A stretch of DNA of 64,000 nucleotides from an uncultured cyanobacterium (GTDB lineage: Bacteria > Cyanobacteriota > Cyanobacteriia > Cyanobacteriales > CAWUOF01), in assembly GCA_963744145.1 (NCBI GenBank), contig CAVUSO010000001.1, forward strand, positions 928,001 to 992,000, given 5' to 3'. Positions 32,319 to 41,395 of the stretch are shown here, piece after piece. The position numbers and the translations under genes were made by a program. The notes beneath the pieces are model-generated. The model saw only the letters and a list, made by a program, of their open reading frames with translations, was not told the origin of the DNA and made no database searches. The stretch's first letter is position 1, and each line of letters starts with the position of its first letter.

Positions 32319-33071
32319 CTAAATAAACACTAAAGGTTTATCTTTCAAGGGTGCAAAAGCAGCAGCATCAAATCGATAAAGACTAGCAGGTCTACCAGCA
32401 CCGCGTGATACTTTCACCCCTGTATCATGGAGAAATCCTAATTTCAGCAAGCGAGAACGAAAGTTAGAATAATCAGAAAAATTTTCTCCTAATACAGTAG
32501 TATAAAGCTGGTAAAGATCGCTGAGGGTAAATAATTCCGGCAAAACTTCAAAAGCAACCGGACTATATTCCAATTTATTTCGCAGTCGTCGATGACCATA
32601 TTGTAAAATTTGGTTATGATCGAAAGCTAAGGTCGGTACTTCTTCCAGCGGATACCAAGCAATCCCCCGGACTCCACTGGTAATTAATTCTGCTTCATCA
32701 AAACGAACTAAAGCAAAATAACTGACTGCTAAATAACGCACACCATAACTATCAGGAGATTCCCGGGGATCACGTCCTGGACCACCAAAGGTATACAATT
32801 GTTCTAAATAGAGATTTTGCACCAGAATTTTCTCAGCCAAAATCCGATAAGCTGCATCTTCAAGGGATTCTCCGTGACGAACTAAAGTACCAGGAAAACT
32901 CCATGAACCTAAAAAAGGTTCTTCTTGTCGCATTACCAACAACACTAGCAGTCGATTTTGTGCCATATCGACAGAAAAAATTACATTATCAACACCAACT
33001 TTAAAATCTGCTAAAGGTTGTTGATTGACTGGAGATCCAACTTTTTTTATCTTGGTGTCGCGTCCTGACAT
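32319..33071 (-). CDS. nrtR: NrtR-family regulator (Nudix + wHTH)
   Basis: YLEQLYTFG...RDPR, LAFDHNQI, FTLSDL, NFRSR, GRPASLYRF; located in the NAD operon. Confidence 0.92.
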   Translation of the reverse strand: MSGRDTKIKKVGSPVNQQPLADFKVGVDNVIFSVDMAQNRLLVLLVMRQEEPFLGSWSFPGTLVRHGESLEDAAYRILAEKILVQNLYLEQLYTFGGPGRDPRESPDSYGVRYLAVSYFALVRFDEAELITSGVRGIAWYPLEEVPTLAFDHNQILQYGHRRLRNKLEYSPVAFEVLPELFTLSDLYQLYTTVLGENFSDYSNFRSRLLKLGFLHDTGVKVSRGAGRPASLYRFDAAAFAPLKDKPLVFI

Positions 33072-33631
33072 GCGTACAATTGCTCGCGATGGATATAAGC
33101 TTTCACATTAGGAGTCAAAGCTTCTGGGTCTTTTTGTTGACGGTAAGCAGTCGAAGAGACAGCAGGTGCAGATAGATCCGCGATCGCGAATGTCGCGCCT
33201 AATTGTCTCAGGTTCTCTAAACTGGTATCTTCTATAGGATATCCAGGTCTAGGCACTACCAGAATCTCTACTTGCTCAAATAGTTCTCGAATCCGATACC
33301 ACCGAGGTAACTGGGGAACTAAATCAGACCCGATGACGAGGGAAAATACCGCTTTACTCCATCTCATTCTGGCTAAATTAATTGTCTCTAAAGTTCTGGG
33401 ACGACTCAGCTCAGGATAAAGACCAATATTAGATCGGGGTAAATCAAGATCCGCAATTAATAGCTGGAGCATCGCAAAACGATGAGGAAGGGGACTTTGA
33501 TGGGTCTTGAGGGGATTATCCGCAGCCCAAACGACTACCAAGTCAAAATGTTGTGACAACCAACTCAGGATCGCTTGATGTCCCGCAGTGGGGGGATCGG
33601 CACTTGTCCCAAACAGAGCAATTTTTTTCAT
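33047..33631 (-). CDS. nadD: Nicotinate-nucleotide adenylyltransferase
   Basis: FGTSADPPTAGH, VIGSDL, VSST. Confidence 0.92.
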   Translation of the reverse strand: MKKIALFGTSADPPTAGHQAILSWLSQHFDLVVVWAADNPLKTHQSPLPHRFAMLQLLIADLDLPRSNIGLYPELSRPRTLETINLARMRWSKAVFSLVIGSDLVPQLPRWYRIRELFEQVEILVVPRPGYPIEDTSLENLRQLGATFAIADLSAPAVSSTAYRQQKDPEALTPNVKAYIHREQLYACQDATPR

Positions 33632-33633
33632 GG

Positions 33634-35055
33634 TTAATGCTTTTTGGTTTGCTGAGTTAGTTCTAACAGTTGGGGAGACATTTCGACTCGCAGGGGTTGA
33701 GGATTAGTTAAATGTCGAGTTGCTAGAGGTAGACTAGCAACTGAAGCCGCAGTACGTTGGGCGATCGCTGTTAAGCTTTCTGGTGTCTGTAACCTTTTTC
33801 CTTCTGCAAATACTAACTGCATCAACGGGATCTGAGTTGAGGAATTTGGCTCTTGATTAATTAATCCCAAGCAATCCCCTTGAACCTGTCCCGATCGTAA
33901 CTCCCGAAATATTTGCTTGCGACCTGGATAAGTAATTTTACCCGTTGACTCTTTCATCACGGGCATACCATCAATTTCTACCAGTTTATATACTCCATTC
34001 ACTGGTGAACCACTGACTAAGCGAGTACCGAGTCCATAACCATCAAGACAAGCACCTGCATCTTTAAGTTTAGCAATTTCCCATTCATCTAAATCGCCAC
34101 TAGCAAAAATCGGAACACCTGGAAGAATTGAGCGGATCTGTTGGGATAAAGTAACTAAATCTCCAGAGTCTAAACGCACACCAGTTAATTTAATTTCGCC
34201 TTGTTTGATCTGTACTGCTAACATTTGGGCAGCAGCGATCGAGTCATAGGTATCGATTAATAACGGGGCACCAGGAAAATATTCTTGAAATATGCTAAAT
34301 GCTTTGGCTTCGCTGCCTGCTATGGTCGTCAAAGCCATTACTAAAGAATGAGCCATGGTTCCGACAGGTTGGTGACCTAATTTTAAAGCTGCTAATACAT
34401 TAGAAGTCGCATTTAATCCACCTGCAAGAGCAGCTCTAGCAGCCCACAGGGCACCTTGGGGACTAAAAGCTCGACGGGTCCCAAATTCCATCAGGTTGGT
34501 TTCTGGTCCGACGAGATCACGAATTCTGGCAGCTCTAGTCGCAATTAAGGTTTGATAATTAAGGGTATTAAGTAGATAAGTTTCCACTAACTGAGCTTGC
34601 CATAAAGGTGCTTCAATCCGGAGTAAGGGTTCATTGGCAAAAATAGCTGTACCTTCTGGGACAGCCCACACTTGCCCAGTGAAACGAGTATTTGCTAATA
34701 ATGACCAAAATTCCTGCGGTGCATTGTGAAAAATTCCCGTTGCTTGCAAAGCTTGGATTTGGGCTGGATTAAACCGGAATCTTTCTAGATATTCCAATGC
34801 TTGGGCTAGTCCCATCGCAATCAAATAGCCAAAATCTGTTGGTAATCGACGCACAAATAGCTCAAAGCTGGCTGGTGTTTGCGCCAAACCCTCTCCTGTG
34901 TAGCAAGCTGCCATTGTCAATTCATAAAGATCGGTCAAGAGACTGTAATCTTCTGGGTAGATGTTCAGTTCTTGGGTAGTTGCCGCTTGGCCAATTTTTT
35001 GCGGTTTTTCTAGAAATTCTTGGTCGATTTGGTCCCAATCAGTACAGGTTTTCAT
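33634..35055 (-). CDS. pncB: Nicotinate phosphoribosyltransferase
   Basis: LLTDLYELTM, EFGTRRA, GTMAHS, LIDTYD, VRLDSGD, VYKLVE. Confidence 0.95.
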   Translation of the reverse strand: MKTCTDWDQIDQEFLEKPQKIGQAATTQELNIYPEDYSLLTDLYELTMAACYTGEGLAQTPASFELFVRRLPTDFGYLIAMGLAQALEYLERFRFNPAQIQALQATGIFHNAPQEFWSLLANTRFTGQVWAVPEGTAIFANEPLLRIEAPLWQAQLVETYLLNTLNYQTLIATRAARIRDLVGPETNLMEFGTRRAFSPQGALWAARAALAGGLNATSNVLAALKLGHQPVGTMAHSLVMALTTIAGSEAKAFSIFQEYFPGAPLLIDTYDSIAAAQMLAVQIKQGEIKLTGVRLDSGDLVTLSQQIRSILPGVPIFASGDLDEWEIAKLKDAGACLDGYGLGTRLVSGSPVNGVYKLVEIDGMPVMKESTGKITYPGRKQIFRELRSGQVQGDCLGLINQEPNSSTQIPLMQLVFAEGKRLQTPESLTAIAQRTAASVASLPLATRHLTNPQPLRVEMSPQLLELTQQTKKH

Positions 35056-35083
35056 CGTTAAGTCCCATTCTTGATTAACTTAA

Positions 35084-35104
35084 TTATAGTATGATTTACC
35101 AAAA
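35084..35104. promoter_or_regulatory. Candidate NrtR operator overlapping the pncB -10 box
   Basis: 21-bp imperfect palindrome TTATAGTATGATTTACCAAAA with GT-N7-AC core; minus strand includes TATAAT. Confidence 0.75.
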
Positions 35105-35188
35105 CTGACTAGAGGTAATTTGATATTTTTTATAAAAAATTTGGTTTGAGCCATTGAGGTTCAGTTGGGCCTTGATTTGGGTAGATGA

Positions 35189-35264
35189 ACCACCAAGACA
35201 CCAAGGACACCAAGGTGAGGAAATTTGGTCTGATCACTTCTTCGTGTCTTCGTGTCTTGGTGGT
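35189..35264. repeat. Palindromic element built of short tandem repeats
   Basis: ACCACCAAGACACCAAGGACACCAAGG ... CTTCGTGTCTTCGTGTCTTGGTGGT. Confidence 0.75.
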
Positions 35265-35299
35265 AAAAATCCTATAACTCACTTCGCTAGAAAATCTAT

Positions 35300-36670
35300 T
35301 TAACAATGGATACTCCAGCGATCGCGACCCTGTTGTTTAGCAACATACAAAGCTTTATCCGTATTAGCAATCAGTTGATCTGGTGCAATTTCCAGTTGGG
35401 GAATGAGTGAAGAAATACCCAAACTAACTGTGATAAAATTATTGACTTCTGACCGAGGATGGGACAGGGCAAGATGATGAATTTCTTGCTGAATTTTTTC
35501 GGTAATCTTAATGGCTTTTTCTAGATCTGTATTCGGTAGAATTACCACAAATTCTTCTCCACCATAACGCGCTACTAAATCAGTAGGATCAGGAACTACT
35601 GTTTGTAATATTTCCGCAATTTTCACTAAACAATCGTCACCAGCAAGATGACCATAGTAATCATTATAGGCTTTAAAACAGTCAATATCCAACAAAATTA
35701 AGGAAAGTGGTTGCTGTGCTTGTGCTAAATGTTGCCATTGGTTTTGAAGATACTCATTAAAACAGCGACGATTAGCTACATGAGTTAATCCATCGAGATT
35801 TGCTAATACTTCTAGTTTATGATTAGCTGCTTGGAGTTCTAGTTCAATTTGTTTACGTTCAGTAATATCACGGATCGTAATCGCAAAACCATCACCAAGT
35901 TTAACCGCGACAAAATGATACCAACAAGATTCTCCTGATGGATAATAAAAATCTCGTTTGAGAGGAACTCCTGTTTCCACCACATTAATGAAGCAATTAA
36001 ATAGTTCTGGCTCCACATTACTCAAAAACTTTTTTAGGATCAATCTCCCGATAATCTCATCACGGGTACGTTGAAAAACTCTAGCAATCACTGGATTGAC
36101 AGCTAAACAACGAAAATCATCAATATCTCCGGTGACCGGATTACGGACACATTGCATTGCAGCAATTCCATCTAGAGAACTATTCAAAATGCTAGAAAGC
36201 AAAGCTCTTGACTGATATAGTACCTCTTCAGTTTCACGACGCTTAATATTTTCTTCTTCGAGCATTCGCTGCTGACGTTGAATGATTAACTGATTTTCCA
36301 ATCGAGCGACTACTTCTTCAATCTGAAATGGTTTGGTGATATAGTCTATTCCTCCGGATTCAAAAGCAGTTACTTTGTCAAATACATCATCTAAAGCACT
36401 AATAAAAATCACTGGAATGCTGCGTAAATCTTCATTTGCTTTCAGAGCTTTACAGACTTGATAGCCATCCATTCCTGGCATTTTAATATCTAAAAGAATC
36501 ACATCAGGTCGTTTGACCATTACTGTTTTTAAAGCCATTTTACCACTGGTAACACTGCGAACTGTATAGCCAAGTTTGAGCAGTGCATCACTTAATAATT
36601 GTAAGTTTTCGAGAATATCGTCTACAACTAGAATGTTACCTTTGGTTTTGCTGTCAAAATTAAGATTCAT
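35300..36670 (-). CDS. REC-PAS-GGDEF diguanylate cyclase
   Basis: REC LVVDD/LLDIKMP/TKP; DGLTHVANRR, DIDCFKAYND, RYGGEEF. Confidence 0.94.
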   Translation of the reverse strand: MNLNFDSKTKGNILVVDDILENLQLLSDALLKLGYTVRSVTSGKMALKTVMVKRPDVILLDIKMPGMDGYQVCKALKANEDLRSIPVIFISALDDVFDKVTAFESGGIDYITKPFQIEEVVARLENQLIIQRQQRMLEEENIKRRETEEVLYQSRALLSSILNSSLDGIAAMQCVRNPVTGDIDDFRCLAVNPVIARVFQRTRDEIIGRLILKKFLSNVEPELFNCFINVVETGVPLKRDFYYPSGESCWYHFVAVKLGDGFAITIRDITERKQIELELQAANHKLEVLANLDGLTHVANRRCFNEYLQNQWQHLAQAQQPLSLILLDIDCFKAYNDYYGHLAGDDCLVKIAEILQTVVPDPTDLVARYGGEEFVVILPNTDLEKAIKITEKIQQEIHHLALSHPRSEVNNFITVSLGISSLIPQLEIAPDQLIANTDKALYVAKQQGRDRWSIHC

Positions 36671-36928
36671 TAGTGATTAGGATGGCAATTATATTAACAA
36701 GTGTTTAGGGGAAACTCACCTAAATTTAGATCAGCGATCGAATTAAATAAGGTTAAGTTGGGGGAATTACCGCTAGCAATTATAACATAAGGTTGGGATT
36801 AATTTCGGGAATAAACGGCGATCGCCGTCTGGCCATCTCTTTCTCTATTGGAGCTGAGTCCGATCGCTTGTCCAATTTGAGCGGTTTTCCTCTTAGTGAG
36901 GGATCATACTCACATCAATATGGAAATT

Positions 36929-39763
36929 TTAGCTGTTAGTATTCTGCAACAAAGGTTCAACCAATTCAATTATCTGTTCAAAGTCAAATTGCTGTGCCAT
37001 TTTCGTCAAACATTTGCTTAGATCAACCTCACTTGTTGGAATCTCTTTCACCAACTTTAAAACCAAACTATGATTAGCTTCTAGAGCGGCTTGATACAAT
37101 TGATTGAGCCACTCTAATGACATTTGAGTAAAACTAGCAGAAGATAATTTAATCTCTGGGAGATTGGCCAAATGCACTATAGGGTTCTCAACATAAATAT
37201 ATTTTACACCCAAATGTTTCGCCAGAGTTTCAAAAATGGTATGTTCTGCAAAAGGTTTTCGCACAAAGTCATCACAACCAGCAGAAAGTATAATTGCTTT
37301 TTCCTCTTCTAACACACTAGCAGTTAGGGCAATAATTGCGGTAGCATTACCTTTAGTGGTAGATTTAATGTATTTGGTCGCTTCATAACCATCCATCACG
37401 GGCATTCTCATATCCATCCAAATCAGATGGGGTTCCCATTCTGACCAAATCTCGATCGCTTCTTGACCATTAATGGCTTCTTTGACTTCAAATCCCAAGG
37501 GACTAAGTAACTTAATTAATAATTGTCGATTAATCGCTTTATCATCCACTATCAGAATTTTGTAGATAGGTTGGTTAGGAGCAAGTGCTAAGATTTTTGG
37601 ATCTGCTTCGATACTTTTTTTAACAGTTATTTGACCTAATTTTGCTTGAATATAAAATTGGCAAGTTGTGCCTTTACCTAATTCACTTTCGAGTCGAATA
37701 TCTCCACCCATTAATTGCACAAATTTCCGACTAATGGCTAAACCTAAACCCGTTCCTTCTTGACTTTCTTTTCCCGCTTGACCTTGACTAAAAGCATCAA
37801 AAATTTTGGGAAGTTCTGTTGGAGCAATCCCTACTCCAGTATCACATACCCGAAAATGGAGATCAATTATATCTGTGGTTTTTGCTTCTTCCTGAAAAAC
37901 TTCAAGAGTAACTTGTCCAGCGACAGTAAATTTAATCGCATTACTGAGTAAATTAATTAAAACTTGCCGAAGTTTGACTTCATCGGTCTGAATATAGCGA
38001 GGGAGATTTTCACTGCGATGAAATATTAAATTTAACCCAGCATTATCAGCTCGTAAATGTAACATATCCTCCAAATCATCTAACAAGATATGCAGATCAA
38101 AGTCTTTCGGATTAAGAGTGGCTTTACCTGCTTCAATTTTAGATAGATCAAGAATATTATTAATTAGTGTCAGTAAATATTCGCCACTACGATAGATTAT
38201 TTCTGCATTTTCATAGAGATTAGGTGGAATGTTTTTAGTGCAGATCATCAATTGGGAAAAGCCCATAATTGCATTCAGTGGCGATCGCAATTCATGACTC
38301 ATATTAGCAATAAATGTACTTTTTGCTTGATTGGCAACTTCCGCTTTTTCTTTAGCAATTTCTAACTCCGTTGTTCGCTGTTGGACTCGTTGTTCTAAAG
38401 TTTCAAAAGATGTTTGTAACTGATTTACCATCTGATTAAATGAATCCGCTAGAGTTCCGACTTCTGTAATATTTTGATATTCTATTGACCCGATAATCTT
38501 TTTTATCCCTAATTTTTGCCATTGCTCCAAAGCTAATTCCTGACTAGCTCGATTTAATCGTAAAAGCGGAATGGTAATCAAACGAGCAGTAACAATTCCG
38601 ATGGCGATCGCGATCAATAAAGTCATCCCACAGAGGAAAATTGTCCAGTTAATATTGCGCTGAATTTCGGTCATAAAATCAGCTTCAGGAATTACTACAA
38701 TTGTCAACCAATCTAAATCTTTTTCACCTTGTAATGGGACAATTTGGACGAAGTAAGTTTGTTGATCGACAAAAATCCGAAGTTGCTTGATTTCCTGGAT
38801 TTCCTTAAGATCGGGCCAAGACTTATTTAAGTAATTGCCAACTTTTTTAGTGAGTAAATTACTACTTTTTAGAATACTTAATCGTCGCTGGGATGAATCA
38901 AGATTTTTAGTGTTTTTTTCCCATGATGTATAATTTTCTGGAGCTAATGCACCCTGAATAAAAGGAGTTTCTCCGGTAGAAGTAGCAATTAATAGACCCT
39001 GACGATCTATAATAAGAGCTTGACCAGTTTTGCCGATTTTCAAACTTTGCAAAAAATTCCCCAATCGAGATAGAGATACGGCTGCTACTAGCACCCCATT
39101 AAATTTGTTTTTCTGATCATAAAATGGTTGACACTTAAGAGTAAACAACGTCGGTTGATTAACCTGAAATCTGGCAACAACTAACCGCCAAATTGGATGA
39201 TTTTCTCTTTTTGTTTGTTCGTACCAGGGATTATTAGGGGGATCTTTATGGGGATCATATATTTTTGAACGTCGGACTAATTTGATTGGATTTCCTTGAT
39301 CATCAGCAATATAATTGTCAAAATAATAATTAGTAGATTTGTCCCGGAGACGAATTGCCTTTGTGCCATCATCATTTTTTTGAATAATTAAAATCTCTTT
39401 TTTTTCATTAGCAATAGCTACAGAAGCGAGACTATCAAAATTTTTTAATTGTCGCCAAAAATATTGCTTAATTATTCTTAAATCTTGCCAATTAAGTATA
39501 CCTAAGTTAATCAGATCGGCATTATGTTGATTAATTTCTGTAGGTTTATGGAGATAATTAGTGAGATTTTGATTAATGCGATCGCCAATTTCTGCAATCA
39601 AATATCTTGCCAGATCAGCTACTGCTTTTTGTCCACTCTGATAGGAAAGATAACCGACTAAACCCACCGCAATGACAACTTGCAACACGAAGGGGACGAT
39701 TAGCAATAATCTCAGGGATATGGGTCGAGCTTTAGTGGGGGGATTGACAGACTCCGGGATCAT
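36929..39763 (-). CDS. Hybrid sensor histidine kinase (Cache-HAMP-HisKA-HATPase-REC)
   Basis: [37 protein letters not shown]. Confidence 0.95.
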   Translation of the reverse strand: MIPESVNPPTKARPISLRLLLIVPFVLQVVIAVGLVGYLSYQSGQKAVADLARYLIAEIGDRINQNLTNYLHKPTEINQHNADLINLGILNWQDLRIIKQYFWRQLKNFDSLASVAIANEKKEILIIQKNDDGTKAIRLRDKSTNYYFDNYIADDQGNPIKLVRRSKIYDPHKDPPNNPWYEQTKRENHPIWRLVVARFQVNQPTLFTLKCQPFYDQKNKFNGVLVAAVSLSRLGNFLQSLKIGKTGQALIIDRQGLLIATSTGETPFIQGALAPENYTSWEKNTKNLDSSQRRLSILKSSNLLTKKVGNYLNKSWPDLKEIQEIKQLRIFVDQQTYFVQIVPLQGEKDLDWLTIVVIPEADFMTEIQRNINWTIFLCGMTLLIAIAIGIVTARLITIPLLRLNRASQELALEQWQKLGIKKIIGSIEYQNITEVGTLADSFNQMVNQLQTSFETLEQRVQQRTTELEIAKEKAEVANQAKSTFIANMSHELRSPLNAIMGFSQLMICTKNIPPNLYENAEIIYRSGEYLLTLINNILDLSKIEAGKATLNPKDFDLHILLDDLEDMLHLRADNAGLNLIFHRSENLPRYIQTDEVKLRQVLINLLSNAIKFTVAGQVTLEVFQEEAKTTDIIDLHFRVCDTGVGIAPTELPKIFDAFSQGQAGKESQEGTGLGLAISRKFVQLMGGDIRLESELGKGTTCQFYIQAKLGQITVKKSIEADPKILALAPNQPIYKILIVDDKAINRQLLIKLLSPLGFEVKEAINGQEAIEIWSEWEPHLIWMDMRMPVMDGYEATKYIKSTTKGNATAIIALTASVLEEEKAIILSAGCDDFVRKPFAEHTIFETLAKHLGVKYIYVENPIVHLANLPEIKLSSASFTQMSLEWLNQLYQAALEANHSLVLKLVKEIPTSEVDLSKCLTKMAQQFDFEQIIELVEPLLQNTNS

Positions 39764-39894
39764 TATTGCTGAAAGTAGGATTTTCTGTATAGATATACTT
39801 TACACCCAGATATTTAGCTACAATATCAAAAATTATAGGTTCTGTAAAGGATTTGCGCCCAAGGTCATTACAACCAATTGAAAAATTATTAATC

Positions 39895-41367
39895 TTACCA
39901 TCGGAGTAATTTTAACAAAAACCAAACACTCAAACTAGCGATCGCACCGGTCATGATACTGGTATAAAAAACTGGTGTCAGTACAAAAAAAGTATTCTCT
40001 GGTGGTGGTTGATTTACAATCATTACGTGAGTCGTAATACTACTAGCAGCTAATCCAGCTCCAACACAACCGATGGTAATAGTTAAATTGCGATCGCTTC
40101 TAGTTTGCTCAATTGTAATTATTCCACCAATCATACTAATTACATTTTCCAATAACTTCAAACCAGGAGCTAGATTATTTCGCTCTGACTCCAGTTGTTC
40201 GCGATATTTTTTATCGACGAAAATACTAAAATTTTTTAATAAACTTAAATCACTACCAGTTTCTTCCTCCAACTTTTCCACCCGTTGCTGATAATTTTCT
40301 AAATTTATCTTCATCGTTTGTAATTGAGCATCTAAATCATTTAAAGCGATCGTATAGTCGGCTAAAGTCGGCAAATATTTGATTAACATTAACTCTAACT
40401 TATTTAAACTTATTCTCTCCCTAGTTAGAGCCGACTGAGACAATTGACTAGAACGGGTGAAATTTTTGAGATTTTTTGACAATCCAATCCCTTGCTCAAT
40501 CAAGGTTTTAATACCTGTATAAATTTGTTCTAATTCCGATTTTTGATAACGACTTTGCCAATAAGCAAATAATATCTTATGTCGATCGCAAAATAACCGA
40601 ATTAAATCAAAATTAATCTCCCTCACCTTCTTAGTAATCTTCGCGATCGATTCACCTGGTGGAAACAGCAAAATAATCAAATGATAATTCTCTAATCGGA
40701 CTTGATACCATTCTTGATGCCAATTAGTAGGAAGATGCCAATATTCAAATATAGTCCCACCTAAAAATTTTCCATGTTCCTTAAAATTCGGATTCCATTC
40801 CGCATTTGGTGTTAATTTATTGTAACAATCTCTTGCTAATTGATTTACATCCACATTCCCATTAGCTATTTGTCCCCAAACCAACCAAGTTTGTCCAATC
40901 GTACCTTGTTTATCTGCTTCAATTTCCGTCTTCACATCATGATGATTTAGGGCACAAACAATATGATGTTTGAGAGTGTGTAAAGAATTAATATTTTGCT
41001 TTTCATTCAGACCAGAACAATTCACCTGAAGTGCATAAGTATCACCGAGCTGCACCGGAAAATAATGACCATCTTGAGGAGCTTGAAACTGTTTTGGTTC
41101 AAGTAAAGCATAATCAGCTTCGGGATTTTCTAAATCAGTTAATTCCTTCAGCCTTTGATCATACCAAATTTGGTCAAATACTACCTTCTGCTGAGAACTC
41201 TTTTTAAAATAAATACTATTGATCTGGGCATCAATTTTACTCCAAAACTGTTCTCGGTTACGACTTATTTCTGCGGCATCATCATTTAATCCGTTCCGCA
41301 GATCATAAAGAAATAAATCAACTGTAGGATAGATTAAATCAGTTTGTTCTTTCATGCAATAGGCCAC
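39895..41367 (-). CDS. Hypothetical protein with long helical stalk and two C-terminal TMs (CorA-like topology)
   Basis: Alpha/beta N-terminus, coiled coil, then NLTITIGCVGAGLAASSI and VFYTSIMTGAIASLSVWFLL hydrophobic helices with a basic end; no GMN motif. Confidence 0.75.
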   Translation of the reverse strand: MAYCMKEQTDLIYPTVDLFLYDLRNGLNDDAAEISRNREQFWSKIDAQINSIYFKKSSQQKVVFDQIWYDQRLKELTDLENPEADYALLEPKQFQAPQDGHYFPVQLGDTYALQVNCSGLNEKQNINSLHTLKHHIVCALNHHDVKTEIEADKQGTIGQTWLVWGQIANGNVDVNQLARDCYNKLTPNAEWNPNFKEHGKFLGGTIFEYWHLPTNWHQEWYQVRLENYHLIILLFPPGESIAKITKKVREINFDLIRLFCDRHKILFAYWQSRYQKSELEQIYTGIKTLIEQGIGLSKNLKNFTRSSQLSQSALTRERISLNKLELMLIKYLPTLADYTIALNDLDAQLQTMKINLENYQQRVEKLEEETGSDLSLLKNFSIFVDKKYREQLESERNNLAPGLKLLENVISMIGGIITIEQTRSDRNLTITIGCVGAGLAASSITTHVMIVNQPPPENTFFVLTPVFYTSIMTGAIASLSVWFLLKLLRW

Positions 41368-41395
41368 CTAGATCAACTAGATTGCTACTTCATCA

